Below, one piece after another: positions 8,264 to 18,536 of a DNA stretch of 64,000 nt (position 1 is its first letter; the number at the start of each line of letters is the position of its first letter). The stretch is taken from positions 10,230-74,229 of the forward strand of contig JALGWI010000012.1 of the NCBI GenBank assembly GCA_025774245.1, given 5' to 3'. The notes beneath the pieces were generated by a model. The model saw only the letters and a list, made by a program, of their open reading frames with translations. It did no database searches and had not been told where the DNA came from. This stretch comes from a bacterium. GTDB taxonomy: Bacteria > Joyebacterota > Joyebacteria > Joyebacterales > Joyebacteraceae. Made by a program: the position numbers and the translations under genes.

Positions 8264-9174
8264 GCGGCCTCCCTTCCGAGGTCCGGCTCTTCCTCCTCCT
8301 CGTCGACCTCGCAGCGGAGGATCTTCCGCAGGATCACGAGGCCGATGAACGCGAAGATGAAGAGCAGGAACCCGGAGAAGTCGTGGAAGAGCCCGAGCGC
8401 GGTGTCGATCCCCCAGATGTGCGCCACGACGCACAGCGACGCGATGCGGATGATGTTCCCCGCTATCGCGAGCGGCACCGCCGCCGCGGCGAGGATGAGC
8501 CTCTTCCAGACCGCGCCCCTCGTGAAGAAGGCGAAGAGCACCCCGAGCGCCACGAGCGCGATCAGGGACCTCAGGCCGCTGCACGGGTCGGCGATCCGCA
8601 GGGAGCCCGAGGGCACGTGGATCGTCATCCCGACGCGCGCGAGCGGCACGCCCAGCTTGACTGCGATCGCGCTCCCCACCCTCGCCGCGTACTCCTTCAA
8701 CCGGAAGGAGAGCTCGTTGACGAGGATCGGGGGCATCGGGAGCATGAAGAACAGGAACCCGAGCGGGAACCAGACCGTCGCGGTCGCCCTGCCGCCGAAG
8801 AAGACGAGCGAGAGCCCGAAGAGCATCAGCACGAACGAGTAGCCCTGCGTCATGAAGATGCCCGCCCTGATCGACGCGACGTATCCGAGGATCGCGAGCA
8901 CGATCAGCGCCACGCCCCACGTGCTGCCCGACCCTATCGCCTCGACGAACCGCCTCCTCTCCCGCCACAGCAGGAAGAGCGCCACCGGCGGGATGAGGTA
9001 GCCGTGCGAGTAGTTCGGCACGCCCCGCCAGGTCCGGAGCAGCGTCGGGAAGATCGGCAGGTAGACGAGCCCGACGAGCGCCGCGACCAGCGCGAGCGTC
9101 GCGATCCTCCCCGGGGTCGTCAGCCCCTCCCCGGCCTCCTGCGGCTCGGCGTGTGTCCCGTTCGGAAGCGTCAA
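8260..9174 (-). CDS. exosortase (EpsH/Xrt family intramembrane transpeptidase)
   Basis: 304 aa, polytopic. Conserved exosortase blocks are present: YSHGYLIPP, ADPCSGLRSL (catalytic Cys), AGNIIRI (Arg) and HDFSGFLLF (His). TTG start with GAGGG upstream. Confidence 0.85.
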   Translation of the reverse strand: MTLPNGTHAEPQEAGEGLTTPGRIATLALVAALVGLVYLPIFPTLLRTWRGVPNYSHGYLIPPVALFLLWRERRRFVEAIGSGSTWGVALIVLAILGYVASIRAGIFMTQGYSFVLMLFGLSLVFFGGRATATVWFPLGFLFFMLPMPPILVNELSFRLKEYAARVGSAIAVKLGVPLARVGMTIHVPSGSLRIADPCSGLRSLIALVALGVLFAFFTRGAVWKRLILAAAAVPLAIAGNIIRIASLCVVAHIWGIDTALGLFHDFSGFLLFIFAFIGLVILRKILRCEVDEEEEEPDLGREAA

Positions 9175-9220
9175 TCCGTGCCCTCCGCGCGTCGCGCCCC
9201 TCGGGGCGCCTGCGACTGCG

Positions 9221-11101
9221 TCACTCCCCGCCCGTCTTTCTGAGAACGAGGAACGTCCTCAGGAGGATCGCCAGATCCATGAGGAGCGAGCAGTTCTGAA
9301 CGTAGAAGTGGTCGAGCCGCACCTTCTCCTCGAGCTCGACCTCGTCCCTGCCGTTGATCTGTGCCCATCCCGTGAGTCCGGGCCTGACAAGATCGACCCG
9401 CACCTGGCGCCGCATGTCGATGAGCTCGGACTGGTTGTAGAGCGCCGGCCGGGGACCCACCATGCTCATGTCGCCCTTCAGGACGTTCCAGCAGTTCGGA
9501 AGCTCGTCCGCGCTCGTTCTGCGAAGGAAGCGGCCGAGCCTGGTCACGTAACCCGTCTTCACCGGGCTCATGAGATCGGCCGCGAGGTCGGGCGTGCCTA
9601 CCGACATCGTCCTGAACTTGTAGATCGTGAACTCCTCCGAGTGGACGCCGATCCTCCTCTGCGTGAAGATCGGCTTCCCGGGGGAGTCGAGCTTGATCGC
9701 CGCGGCCATGATCGCGAAGACCGGCGAACCGATGATGAGCAGGAGGAGCGCGCCGATCACGTCGATCGTGTACTTCACGCCGAGGTAGCGGCGGAACCTG
9801 AGGCGGCTTCCGCACATCCTCCCCTCGCTCGCCACGACGTCCTCCAGAAGCTCCTCGAGCCTCTGCGCGAGGGTCTGCCGCGAGTACTCGCGGCAGACGA
9901 ACTCTCTGCCCCGCGCGCCCATGCTCGCCGAGAGCGCCCGATCGCCCAGGAGCTTCCTCACGGCGTCGGCCAGCGCCGGCGCGTCGCCGGGAGGCGTGAC
10001 GATCCCGCAGCCCGCGCTCTCGATCACGTCTCGCGCGTCGCCGTCGAGCGACGCCACGATCGGCTTGCCGGAGGCCATGTAGTCGAAGAGCTTCACGGGG
10101 ATCGTGCCCGCGCTGAAGTCGCCCTCCCTCGTGGTCGCGAGACACACGTCGGCGCCCCGCATGAGATCCGCGAGGTCTGCGGGCTGCCGGCTCGGCAGAA
10201 ACTCGACGTTCGTGAGGCCACGGCGCTCGGCCTCGCTCACGAGCCGCGGCTTCACGACGCCGTCGCCCACGAGCCTGAACATCACACCGGGCTCGCGCCT
10301 CAGAAGGTCGGCGGCGTCGAGGATGACCTCCATACCGTGAACGAGTCCGTGCGTCCCGCTGTAGAGGACGGTCCGTCCGCCGTCGCCCGCGCGCTCTCCG
10401 GTCAGCGCCGCGCCGACGGACGCGCGGATCGGCGCGGTGTCCGCGACTGCTCCAGCAGCCCCGGCCCCGTCGTCGGGCGGACGGAAGAGCTCGGTGTCCG
10501 CCCCGTTCGTGATGAGCGCGATGCGGTACCTCGGGACCCCGTTCTCGAGCATGAGCCGCTCCATGCCGGGCGTCACGGCGATGAGCTTCCCGGCGCGCCG
10601 GTACAGGAACCGCTCGAGCCGCTTCGCGAGGCTGATCGCGCGCCGGCTCCGGAGCTGCCCGAGCTCGACGGCGGCGTGCGGCCAGAAGTCCCTGAGATCG
10701 AGCACGTACGGGACGCCCTTGACGAGCCCCAGGAGCCACGCGGTCGCGCCGAGGAAGAGTGGCGGAGAGCTCACGAGGATTGCGTCGCAGCGGCCGGCCG
10801 AGCACCCGCCGAAGAACGCCGAGACCATGAACGAGATCTGGTTGGCCATGCGCTTCGCGAACGTCTTGTTCGGCGACGCGTAGAGGTAGCACCGAACGAT
10901 GCGGACGCCGTCCTGCCGCTCGCGCGCCCCAACACGCCGCCGGTACTCGGTCGCCTTGACGCCGCTCGGGTGGTTGGGCATGCCGGTCACGACGGTCACC
11001 TCGTGCCCCCGCTTCGCGAGCTTCGTCGCGAAGTGGTAGGCCCTCAAGGGCGCCGCGCCCGTCTCGGGCGGGTAGTACTGCGTGAGGAGTAGAAGCCTCA
11101 T
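9221..11101 (-). CDS. fusion protein: N-terminal GT4 glycosyltransferase plus C-terminal polyprenyl-phosphate sugar-phosphate transferase (bacterial sugar transferase / small PGT)
   Basis: N-terminus [18 protein letters not shown]... is WcaI-like GT4 with an EX7E-type region ([21 protein letters not shown]). The C-terminal ~200 aa match the Bac_transf family ([60 protein letters not shown]). Confidence 0.85.
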   Translation of the reverse strand: MRLLLLTQYYPPETGAAPLRAYHFATKLAKRGHEVTVVTGMPNHPSGVKATEYRRRVGARERQDGVRIVRCYLYASPNKTFAKRMANQISFMVSAFFGGCSAGRCDAILVSSPPLFLGATAWLLGLVKGVPYVLDLRDFWPHAAVELGQLRSRRAISLAKRLERFLYRRAGKLIAVTPGMERLMLENGVPRYRIALITNGADTELFRPPDDGAGAAGAVADTAPIRASVGAALTGERAGDGGRTVLYSGTHGLVHGMEVILDAADLLRREPGVMFRLVGDGVVKPRLVSEAERRGLTNVEFLPSRQPADLADLMRGADVCLATTREGDFSAGTIPVKLFDYMASGKPIVASLDGDARDVIESAGCGIVTPPGDAPALADAVRKLLGDRALSASMGARGREFVCREYSRQTLAQRLEELLEDVVASEGRMCGSRLRFRRYLGVKYTIDVIGALLLLIIGSPVFAIMAAAIKLDSPGKPIFTQRRIGVHSEEFTIYKFRTMSVGTPDLAADLMSPVKTGYVTRLGRFLRRTSADELPNCWNVLKGDMSMVGPRPALYNQSELIDMRRQVRVDLVRPGLTGWAQINGRDEVELEEKVRLDHFYVQNCSLLMDLAILLRTFLVLRKTGGE

Positions 11102-12354
11102 GGTTCCCGTCCGCTGCCTCCGACCCTGCTCAGACTCTCTTCGAGATCGACGTGACGGAGCCCGCCACGTCCCCGCGTCGCCTCATCGAGGAGGAACGTG
11201 AACGTGTCCTCCATCTTCCTGACCACCCTGTTGATGTCGTGCCTCTCGCGCGCGAGCGACCTCCCGACGCTTCCCATGCTCGCCGCGCGCGCCGGGTCGT
11301 TCACGAGCTCGAGGATCGCGCGGGCGAGCGCCGGCGGGTCCTTCGCCTCAACGAGCGTGCCCGACGACCCGTCGTCGACGATCGCCGGTATGCCGCCGAC
11401 GTTGGTGGCGACGACCGGCAGCCCGGACGCCATCGCCTCGACGATGACGTTCGGCGAGGCCTCGGAGATCGACGACAGGACGAACACGTCGAGGAGCTTC
11501 AGGATCGAAGGAACGTCGGAGCGCTCTCCCGCGAACGTGATCGCGTCGCCGACGCCGAGTTCGACGGCCTTCTGCCTGAGCCTCTCGAGCCTCGTGCCCT
11601 GCCCGACGACGAGGAAGCGGACGTCCGGCCGCGCGCGCGCGATCTCTGCCGCCGCCTCGACGAAGTACCGGTGCCCCTTGACCTCCGAGAGCTTGGCGAC
11701 GATGCCGACCACCGGGTGTCCCGCCAACTCAGCGGCGAGATCCTCGCTCGGCTCCGCGTCCTCGAACAGCGACAGGTCGATGCCGACGCCGACGTTCACG
11801 ATCCTCCCCGGCGGCACCGAGAACCGACGCTCGAGCTCCTCCGCCGCGGCCCCGCTGTTGACGAGGATCGCGTCGACGAGCCGCCTGCTCGCGAACCCGT
11901 AGGCCGCCGTCTTCCCCCTCCCGCGGAGCCAGTAGCTCAGGTTCCGCTGGTTGTTCACCACCACGGGAACCCCGGCGGCGCGGCCGACGAACGGACCGAT
12001 GATCGTCGTGAGCGCGAGAAGACACGAGAGCACGTCGACGCGCTCGCGGCGCAGGAACAGCGCGGCCCTCGAGAGCCCGCGGACCGTCACCGGCGACAGG
12101 AGGCTCGACCCCGTCCCGAATTCGTGGACGGGGATGCCCATCTCCTCGATGTCGGAGAGGAGCTCGCCGTACTTCGCCAGCGACAACACGACGGGATCGA
12201 ACCGCTCGCGGTCGAGCCTTCTCAGGAACTCGACCAGGAAGCGCTGCGTCCCCGCGCGCTCGAACGAGCCCGCCCAGAAGGCGACCTTCGTCGGGCCGCG
12301 CCCGCCGTCTGGCGTTCGGTCTCTCAGGGTGCGTCTCCTTCCGCCCGCCCGCAT
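11098..12354 (-). CDS. GT4 family glycosyltransferase
   Basis: Real part of the 626-aa track ORF: KVAFWAGSFERAGTQRF... then SEASPNVIVEAMASGLPVVATNVGGIPAIVDDGSSG (GT4 EX7E region). The first in-frame ATG is at 12354 and overlaps the upstream stop by 31 nt, so the start is uncertain. The stop overlaps the next gene start (ATGA). Confidence 0.8.
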   Translation of the reverse strand: MRAGGRRRTLRDRTPDGGRGPTKVAFWAGSFERAGTQRFLVEFLRRLDRERFDPVVLSLAKYGELLSDIEEMGIPVHEFGTGSSLLSPVTVRGLSRAALFLRRERVDVLSCLLALTTIIGPFVGRAAGVPVVVNNQRNLSYWLRGRGKTAAYGFASRRLVDAILVNSGAAAEELERRFSVPPGRIVNVGVGIDLSLFEDAEPSEDLAAELAGHPVVGIVAKLSEVKGHRYFVEAAAEIARARPDVRFLVVGQGTRLERLRQKAVELGVGDAITFAGERSDVPSILKLLDVFVLSSISEASPNVIVEAMASGLPVVATNVGGIPAIVDDGSSGTLVEAKDPPALARAILELVNDPARAASMGSVGRSLARERHDINRVVRKMEDTFTFLLDEATRGRGGLRHVDLEESLSRVGGSGREP

Positions 12355-13490
12355 GCCGACGGGTCGATGCGGCAGATCTCCTTGAGCCACGCGTTCTTCG
12401 GGCGCGCGAACCGCGTGCGCTGGATGTCGGCGGCGAACCGCCCGACGTCCCACGCGTGCGGCACCACGCCCAGCCGCGGCAGGCAGTACATCGAGTACCG
12501 CGGCGACACCGGTCCCGTGATCGACGTCGCCGCCGACCGGAATCCGGCGGCCGCCACCGCCTCGGCCACGACGCCGTTGCAGTGCCGGCCGGTGCGACCG
12601 TCCGGGTACGCGAAGTGCTCGACCGGGGCGCCGAGGCCCTCCTCGAGCTCGCGCTTCGACTCCCCAACCTCCCTCGCCAGCACCCCGGCTTCGAGGCTCG
12701 GGAGGTTGTAGTGCTTCACGGTGTGGGCCCCGATCGTCATCCCCGACCCGTGCATTTCCCGGATCTCGTTCCAGTTCATCATCACGCGCCTGTCGAGGCC
12801 GTTCGCCGGAATCGCGCACGCGGCGTGTATCTCGGCCAGGACGTCGTTCGCCTCGATCTCGTCGCATCGCTTCACGAGACCCGTCAGAAGGCGGATCGCC
12901 GTCTCCTTCGTCCCGTCGGTCGAGATGTCGATCGGCCTGTCCTCCAGGAACCCGAGCGAGAGCGAAGGTACCTTGCACCGCTTGATCGCGCTTCTGAGGC
13001 CGACCGTCCAGAGGATCGCCGCGTCGTCGATCGACCCGGCCGTCACGTAGAAGGTTGCGGTCGCGCCGTGCTTCCTGAGGATCGGGAACGCGAGGCGGTA
13101 GTTGTCCTCGTAGCCGTCATCGAACGTGATGGCGACCGCCCGCGGATCCGGCGGCCGTCCCGACGACACCATCTCAACGAGCTCGTCGACCCCGACGATC
13201 CTGTGGTTCCGCGCGAGGTACGCGACCTGCCGGTCGAACGCGTCGGGCGGAACCGCGAGGCTTCGCTGGATGTACTCGTCGCCCCACACGGGATCGTCGT
13301 TGACCGAGTGATAGCGCAGGATGACGGCGCCTCCCCACGGGAGCAGGCTCAGGCCCTTCACGACCGGCGCCGAGTCCCGGAGTCGTCTGGCGAGGCTCCG
13401 GAGGCCGCGTCCGCCGACGGGTCCGCCCCCGCGTGGCCCGCCGCTCCCCGGGGCCGTCCGGCCCGCGCTCATCTTCGCGTGATCGGTCAT
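12324..13490 (-). CDS. polysaccharide deacetylase (NodB homology / CE4)
   Basis: ATG at 13490 overlaps the upstream stop (ATGA). Motifs: ITFDDGYEDNY, ATFYVTAG, GMTIGAHTVKH, FAYPDG. Confidence 0.8.
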   Translation of the reverse strand: MTDHAKMSAGRTAPGSGGPRGGGPVGGRGLRSLARRLRDSAPVVKGLSLLPWGGAVILRYHSVNDDPVWGDEYIQRSLAVPPDAFDRQVAYLARNHRIVGVDELVEMVSSGRPPDPRAVAITFDDGYEDNYRLAFPILRKHGATATFYVTAGSIDDAAILWTVGLRSAIKRCKVPSLSLGFLEDRPIDISTDGTKETAIRLLTGLVKRCDEIEANDVLAEIHAACAIPANGLDRRVMMNWNEIREMHGSGMTIGAHTVKHYNLPSLEAGVLAREVGESKRELEEGLGAPVEHFAYPDGRTGRHCNGVVAEAVAAAGFRSAATSITGPVSPRYSMYCLPRLGVVPHAWDVGRFAADIQRTRFARPKNAWLKEICRIDPSACGRAEGDAP

Positions 13491-15790
13491 CTCTTGACGT
13501 GCTCCCGCGCCTGGGCCGCGTCGATCCACTCGATCAGCCCGGGGATCCGTTCGTTCAGAAGCTCGGTGTAGAACCCCACGGTGTCGTCGACCATCCTCTG
13601 CGCCGTGAACCGCGAGAGGATCCTCTCCCTCCCGGCGGCTCCCATCCGGCGCCCGAGGTCGCGGTCGCCCAGGAGCTCCAGGACGCGGCGCGCTATGCCG
13701 TCCGCGTCGCCGACAGGAACGAGGTACCCGGTCACGCCGTCGTCGACGAGTTCGCTGTTCCCGCCGACGTTCGTCGCGACCACCGGCTTGCCGGCGGCCA
13801 TCGACTCGAGGATGACGTTCGAGCACCCCTCCTTCACCGAGGTCAGGACAGAGACGTCCGAGGCCTCGAGGATCGCGCCGACGTCGTCGGTCTTCCCGGT
13901 GAGCGTCACGGACCCCGCGAGGCCCATCGACTCGACCCTCGCAGCCAGGCTGTCCCTCAGCGGACCGTCCCCGACGAGAAGGAACCGCGTGTCGGGCCTC
14001 TCCCCCGCGACCTGCGCGGCCGCCGCGAGGAACGTCCCGTGGTCCTTCTTCCTGGACAGGCTCGCGATCATCGCCACCGACGAGCCGTCGCCGTTGCCCG
14101 AGGGCTTCCTCCCGCCCCCGCGCGAGTTCCCGGCGGCCGTCTGTTCGAAGTGCGGGATCCGGTCGAGCGAGATGCCGTTGTATATCACGCGGATCCGTTC
14201 CGGCGCCACCGCGCACGCGCGCGCGACGTAGTCGCCCACGGCGCCGGCGTTCACGATCACGCGGTCGGTCAGGCCGGAGAGGAGCCGTTCGATCGTCTTG
14301 CCGACCGCGCTGCCGTGGACGTCGACGTTCCTCACCGACGTGATGACGACGGGCACGCGGAGGAACCTCCCGACGACGGTGCTCCGCCAGTTCGCCGAGG
14401 TCAGGTAGGAGTGGAGGATCCGGGGACGCTCCCGAAGCACGAGCCTCGCGAGCGCAAGCGACGTACCGGAAAAGGCGCCGGCTCCCTTGTTGAACGTGAC
14501 CACGCGGACGCCGGCTTCCTCGAGCTCCTTCCCGAGCGGACCGAGCCCGCAGAGCGAGCAGACGACCGGCTCGAACCTCGATCGGGGCAGCCGGGTGGCC
14601 AGCTCCAGGAGCTGGCGCTCGGCGCCGCCGTACGCGAGCTGCCTGATGACGTAGACGACCTTGATCCGCTTCGCCGTCGCGTGGTGCACGGCGCCCGCGA
14701 TCGCGAGATCGTAGAGCGCCTCGGTCTGACGGACCATGTGGCGCGCCGTGAAGCCTCCCTCGTAGGTCTCCCTCGCCGCGGCGGCGAAACGAGACCTCTG
14801 CTCCGCGTCGCCGGCGAGCAGGCGGAGCTTCTCGGCCAGGGCCGCAGGATCATGCGGCTCGACGAGGTACCCGTTCACGCCATCGATGATCGCCTCCGGG
14901 ACGCCGCCGACGGCCGTCGAGACGCACGGCACGCCGGCCGCCATCGCCTCGAGCACGGTGATCGGGAGGCCTTCCCAGGCGGACGGAAGGACGAAGATGT
15001 CGGCCGCCGTGAGGAGCCTCGGGACGTCGCCGCGCTGTCCGAGGAAGAGCACCCTGTCCGCGACGCCGAGCTCGTCGGCGCGCTCCGCGAGCTTCTCCTC
15101 GAGCGGGCCCGCGCCCGCAACGGCGAAACGCGCGTCCGGAAGCCCGGCCGCCGCGATCGCCTGGAGCAGGTTCTCGTGGTCCTTCTGGGCTGTCAGGCTG
15201 CCGACGGTGAGGCAGAGGACCGTCTCATCCGAGACGCCGAGCTCCTTCCGCACCTGGGAGCGGTCGCCCGAGACCTCGCGCAGGCAGTCGTCGATTCCGT
15301 TTCTTATGGTGACCAGGCGGGTCGGCGGGAATCTCCGCTCAGCGACGCGGGACCGCGCCACGGCGTCGGAGACGGCGATCTGCGCGTTCTCCCGGAGGCT
15401 CGCGAGGCGGCTGAGAAAGCGGTGGAGCCGGTAGTCGCCCGAGGCGACGTTGTGCTCGGTCCTGACGATGGCGCGCGCGCCACCCAGGACCGCGCCCGGC
15501 AGCCCGACCGCGAGCGCGATGAGATTGTGGTTGTGGACCACGTCGATGCCGCGTCTGGCAACGAGGCGCGCGAGCGCGAAGGTCGGCCTGGGATCGAAGC
15601 GCCCCCTCCGTCCGAGGACGTGGAGCGGGACGCCGATCTCCTCGAGGACGGCCGCCAGCGGCCCGCCGCCGTCGACGCAGCAGACCTCGGGCTCGTAGCG
15701 CGAGCGGTCGTGCGAGGTGGCATGCTCGATCACCACCCGCTCGGCGCCCCCCAGCTCGAGCGACTCGATGACGTGAAGAACCTTCCGCAT
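13487..15790 (-). CDS. two tandem GT4 glycosyltransferase modules in one polypeptide
   Basis: Module 1: MRKVLHVIESLELGGAERVV...PSAWEGLPITVLEAMAAGVPCVSTAVGGVPE. Module 2: IKVVYVIRQLAYGGAERQLL...TSVKEGCSNVILESMAAGKPVVATNVGGNSE. I prefer the ATG at 15790 (GGGGGA upstream) over the track start at 15826. Confidence 0.8.
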   Translation of the reverse strand: MRKVLHVIESLELGGAERVVIEHATSHDRSRYEPEVCCVDGGGPLAAVLEEIGVPLHVLGRRGRFDPRPTFALARLVARRGIDVVHNHNLIALAVGLPGAVLGGARAIVRTEHNVASGDYRLHRFLSRLASLRENAQIAVSDAVARSRVAERRFPPTRLVTIRNGIDDCLREVSGDRSQVRKELGVSDETVLCLTVGSLTAQKDHENLLQAIAAAGLPDARFAVAGAGPLEEKLAERADELGVADRVLFLGQRGDVPRLLTAADIFVLPSAWEGLPITVLEAMAAGVPCVSTAVGGVPEAIIDGVNGYLVEPHDPAALAEKLRLLAGDAEQRSRFAAAARETYEGGFTARHMVRQTEALYDLAIAGAVHHATAKRIKVVYVIRQLAYGGAERQLLELATRLPRSRFEPVVCSLCGLGPLGKELEEAGVRVVTFNKGAGAFSGTSLALARLVLRERPRILHSYLTSANWRSTVVGRFLRVPVVITSVRNVDVHGSAVGKTIERLLSGLTDRVIVNAGAVGDYVARACAVAPERIRVIYNGISLDRIPHFEQTAAGNSRGGGRKPSGNGDGSSVAMIASLSRKKDHGTFLAAAAQVAGERPDTRFLLVGDGPLRDSLAARVESMGLAGSVTLTGKTDDVGAILEASDVSVLTSVKEGCSNVILESMAAGKPVVATNVGGNSELVDDGVTGYLVPVGDADGIARRVLELLGDRDLGRRMGAAGRERILSRFTAQRMVDDTVGFYTELLNERIPGLIEWIDAAQAREHVKR

Positions 15791-15853
15791 CGCTTCCCCC
15801 ATGCACCCTTCCCGCCAGGCCTTCATCCCGGCGGCGGGCCCCCCGGAGACGGA

Positions 15854-17383
15854 TCAGCCGTCGCCGTTTCCGCCGGTCCCGGTGCCGCCGCTGCGAATGT
15901 CAGCGGGGACGCCGTCCGGCGGATCGTCTTCCCTCTTCCGGCGCGCCGCGTCTTCCTCCTCGTAGAGGTTCGCGGTCGTCGTGCCCCCCCACGTGAGGGG
16001 AACCGTCGAGATGACGCGCCTGTATTTGTTCCGCCCCGTGAGCGGTATGTCGTCGACGTACTCGATCCTGACCCTGACCTCGGGCCCCATGCGCTCGGCG
16101 ATGTTCCTGACGAGGTCTTCCTCGTCGGACGCCGAGAGCGGCCGCTCGACCACGAGCCGCGCGGTGATCTCCTCGGGCACGCTCTGAAGGATCTGCGACC
16201 GGACGATCCCCGGCACGAGCTTGAAGGCGCGCGCCACCATCAGCGGCGGCATCAGCGTGCCGTCGGGCATGACGAGGACATCCTCGGCCCTCATCGCGAC
16301 GTCGCCCATCAGCGGGAGTCCGCGCCCGCACTCGCACGCGTCCTTCGAGGTGGACGCGGTGTCGCCGACGTCGTAGCGGATGAACGGCATCCCGAAATTG
16401 TGGAGGCCCGTCCCCACCACGCGGCCGACCGTTCCGTCCGCGACAGGGTCGCCGTCGTCGTCCAGGAACTCGGTGATCCCGTACTCCATGTAGATGTGGT
16501 GCCCCGCGTGCTTCTCGCACTCGCTCGTGAACATGACGCGCTCGGACTGGCTGTAGCCGTCGAAGACCCGGCACCGGAAGCGATCCTCGATCACCTCGCG
16601 CTCGACCTCGAGGAGCGGTTCCGACGTCGTGAAGACGGCCTTCAGGGGCAGGTACTCCCCCTCGGCCTCCATGAACCGGGCCAGCACGTACGCGCTCGTC
16701 GGGTACGCGTCGAGGGCCACGACGCCCGCCCTCCGCATCTGCGCCAGGTAGTGAGGGATGTTCTCGTTCTTGAGGTGGATCGGCGAGAACAGGTACTGGT
16801 TCCACGACCTGTTGTACCGCCAGAACGGCGGCTTCGTCTGTCTGAGCGGAACGATCGGACGCCCGAGCATGAGCGCGATCGGGTCGCCGAACTCGATGCC
16901 CGCCCAGCGCCTCTCCCTCCAGAGGCACGCGTTGTTCATGTAGCCCACGGCGGCGTCCCAGAACATGTAGAGCGACGTCCCCGTCGTGCCGGCGCTGTGC
17001 ACCTTCTTGAGGCTCTTCCTCGGTACCGCGGTCGACACGAGCCGCTCGAGGTTCGCCGCGACCGCCTCCCTCGTGAGGACCGGGAGTTTGGGGAGGTCGT
17101 CGAGCCGGCGGATGTCCGCGGGCGTGAGCCCGAGCCCGTCCATCACCTCGCGGTAGTAGGGGACCGTCTCGTAGGCGTGCGCGACGATGAGGCGGAGGCG
17201 CTCCTCCTGGTAAGCTCGCAGCTCGTCCAGGGAGAACCACTCCGACCGGGCGAGGAACGCAGTGAGCCTGTCGTACTCCGGGCCGAAGCGTTCCTTCCGG
17301 ATCAGCGACCCGTACCTCCACATGAGGAGGTTCTGGATCGGGACCGGGCAGTGGCCGTAGATCCTCTCGCCGAGATACTCCAT
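15854..17383 (-). CDS. adenylate-forming enzyme of the phenylacetate-CoA ligase / CapK / F390-synthetase family
   Basis: 509 aa. Blocks: AYETVPYYREVM, LPKLPVLTRE, HSAGTTGTSLYMFW (AMP-binding P-loop-like), GYSQSE. C-terminal tail is Gly/Asp-rich. GGGGAGA precedes the ATG. Confidence 0.7.
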   Translation of the reverse strand: MEYLGERIYGHCPVPIQNLLMWRYGSLIRKERFGPEYDRLTAFLARSEWFSLDELRAYQEERLRLIVAHAYETVPYYREVMDGLGLTPADIRRLDDLPKLPVLTREAVAANLERLVSTAVPRKSLKKVHSAGTTGTSLYMFWDAAVGYMNNACLWRERRWAGIEFGDPIALMLGRPIVPLRQTKPPFWRYNRSWNQYLFSPIHLKNENIPHYLAQMRRAGVVALDAYPTSAYVLARFMEAEGEYLPLKAVFTTSEPLLEVEREVIEDRFRCRVFDGYSQSERVMFTSECEKHAGHHIYMEYGITEFLDDDGDPVADGTVGRVVGTGLHNFGMPFIRYDVGDTASTSKDACECGRGLPLMGDVAMRAEDVLVMPDGTLMPPLMVARAFKLVPGIVRSQILQSVPEEITARLVVERPLSASDEEDLVRNIAERMGPEVRVRIEYVDDIPLTGRNKYRRVISTVPLTWGGTTTANLYEEEDAARRKREDDPPDGVPADIRSGGTGTGGNGDG

Positions 17384-17426
17384 CGTCTCCCCGCACTCTT
17401 CCCGCGCCCGCCGTCCGGGCGGCGGC

Positions 17427-18515
17427 TCAGTGGCGCCTTCGGAACGACTCGACCAGCTCCGAGTACGCCGCTTCGATGGTCCTCATGTTCTTGCTGAGGT
17501 CGCCTCTCTCTTCAACGATGCCCCTGTTGATCTCGCCCGCCCTCGTCCTCAGGCCGTCGTCCGAGAGGGCCTTCGCGATCGCCTCCGCGTACCCGGAGGG
17601 ATCTCCGCCGGGCACCAGAAGTCCGTTCGAGCCGTTCTCGATCCACTGGCGGTTCGCCTCGTTGTCCCACACGATCGGGAAGCATCCGCGCGCCATCGCC
17701 TCGAGGAGCGACGCCGAGACCCCGTCGACCGGCACGGCGGAGGCGTAGATGCTGGTCGTTCCGAGGAGGCGCGGGAGCTCGTCGTTCGGCACCTCGCCCG
17801 CGAACCTGACCCTGTCGCTCACCCCGAGCTCCCCGGCGAGGTTCTGAAGCTCCTCCTTGTACTCACCGTTCCCGACGATCGTGGCCGAGACCGGAGGCAC
17901 CCTCCCGTTCATCATGGCCAGCGCGCGGATGATGTTCTGCGCGCGGTAGTGCCAGTGGAGCGTCCTCGTCAGGATGACCGAGGACTCGTCCTTCCCGCTC
18001 CCGCGGGGCGGGAACCGTTCGAGGTCGATCCCGCGCGGGTGCGTCAGCGTCTTCTCCGGCTCGGCCCCGAGCTCCACGAGCCGGCGCGTCATGTGCGGCG
18101 CCCACGCGTGGACGAGATCGGCCCGCTTGAGCGTCATCCTGACGGCCAGCTTCTTCGGAGATCGGTACGGCTTGGTGACGATGAGCTGGCTCTGGGCGAC
18201 GACGACGAGCGGGTGGAAGCCAGACATGGCGCCCAGGAACCCGTAGCTCGCCACGCGGTAGCCGACGACGAGGTCCGGCGCGATCGACCGGACGACCCTC
18301 CTCACGCGCGGGAGGCTGCCGACGTTCGCCATCCTCCCCGCGAGGCCGGGCTCGCCCGCGACGACCGAGAGGTCGTGGACGGTGACCGAAGGAGCCAGGT
18401 CGCCCGCCGGAGAGAGCGTGACGACGTGCACGTCGTGGCCGAGCTTCTCCGAGAAGTGCTCGACGAAGCTCCGCGTGTTGACGCTTCCCGCGTCCGCCAG
18501 AAAACAGATCCTCAC
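17427..18515 (-). CDS. GT4 family glycosyltransferase
   Basis: 362 aa. MRICFLADAGSVNTRSF... then PVDGVSASLLEAMARGCFPIVWDNEANRQWIENGSNG. GTG start. Confidence 0.8.
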   Translation of the reverse strand: MRICFLADAGSVNTRSFVEHFSEKLGHDVHVVTLSPAGDLAPSVTVHDLSVVAGEPGLAGRMANVGSLPRVRRVVRSIAPDLVVGYRVASYGFLGAMSGFHPLVVVAQSQLIVTKPYRSPKKLAVRMTLKRADLVHAWAPHMTRRLVELGAEPEKTLTHPRGIDLERFPPRGSGKDESSVILTRTLHWHYRAQNIIRALAMMNGRVPPVSATIVGNGEYKEELQNLAGELGVSDRVRFAGEVPNDELPRLLGTTSIYASAVPVDGVSASLLEAMARGCFPIVWDNEANRQWIENGSNGLLVPGGDPSGYAEAIAKALSDDGLRTRAGEINRGIVEERGDLSKNMRTIEAAYSELVESFRRRH

Positions 18516-18536
18516 GTGTCCCCCCGATCCCCCCTG

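Noticed and set aside
13433-17497. 1354-codon plus-strand ORF, with similar giants at 17430-20837, 33824-36670, 54800-57115, 61294-63603, 26658-28940 and 8383-11092
   Set aside because: Their translations are dominated by Arg/Pro/Gly/Asp/His with no recognisable motifs. They lie exactly antisense to minus-strand genes that have clear family signatures. This is the typical stop-codon-poor antisense frame of GC-rich DNA.
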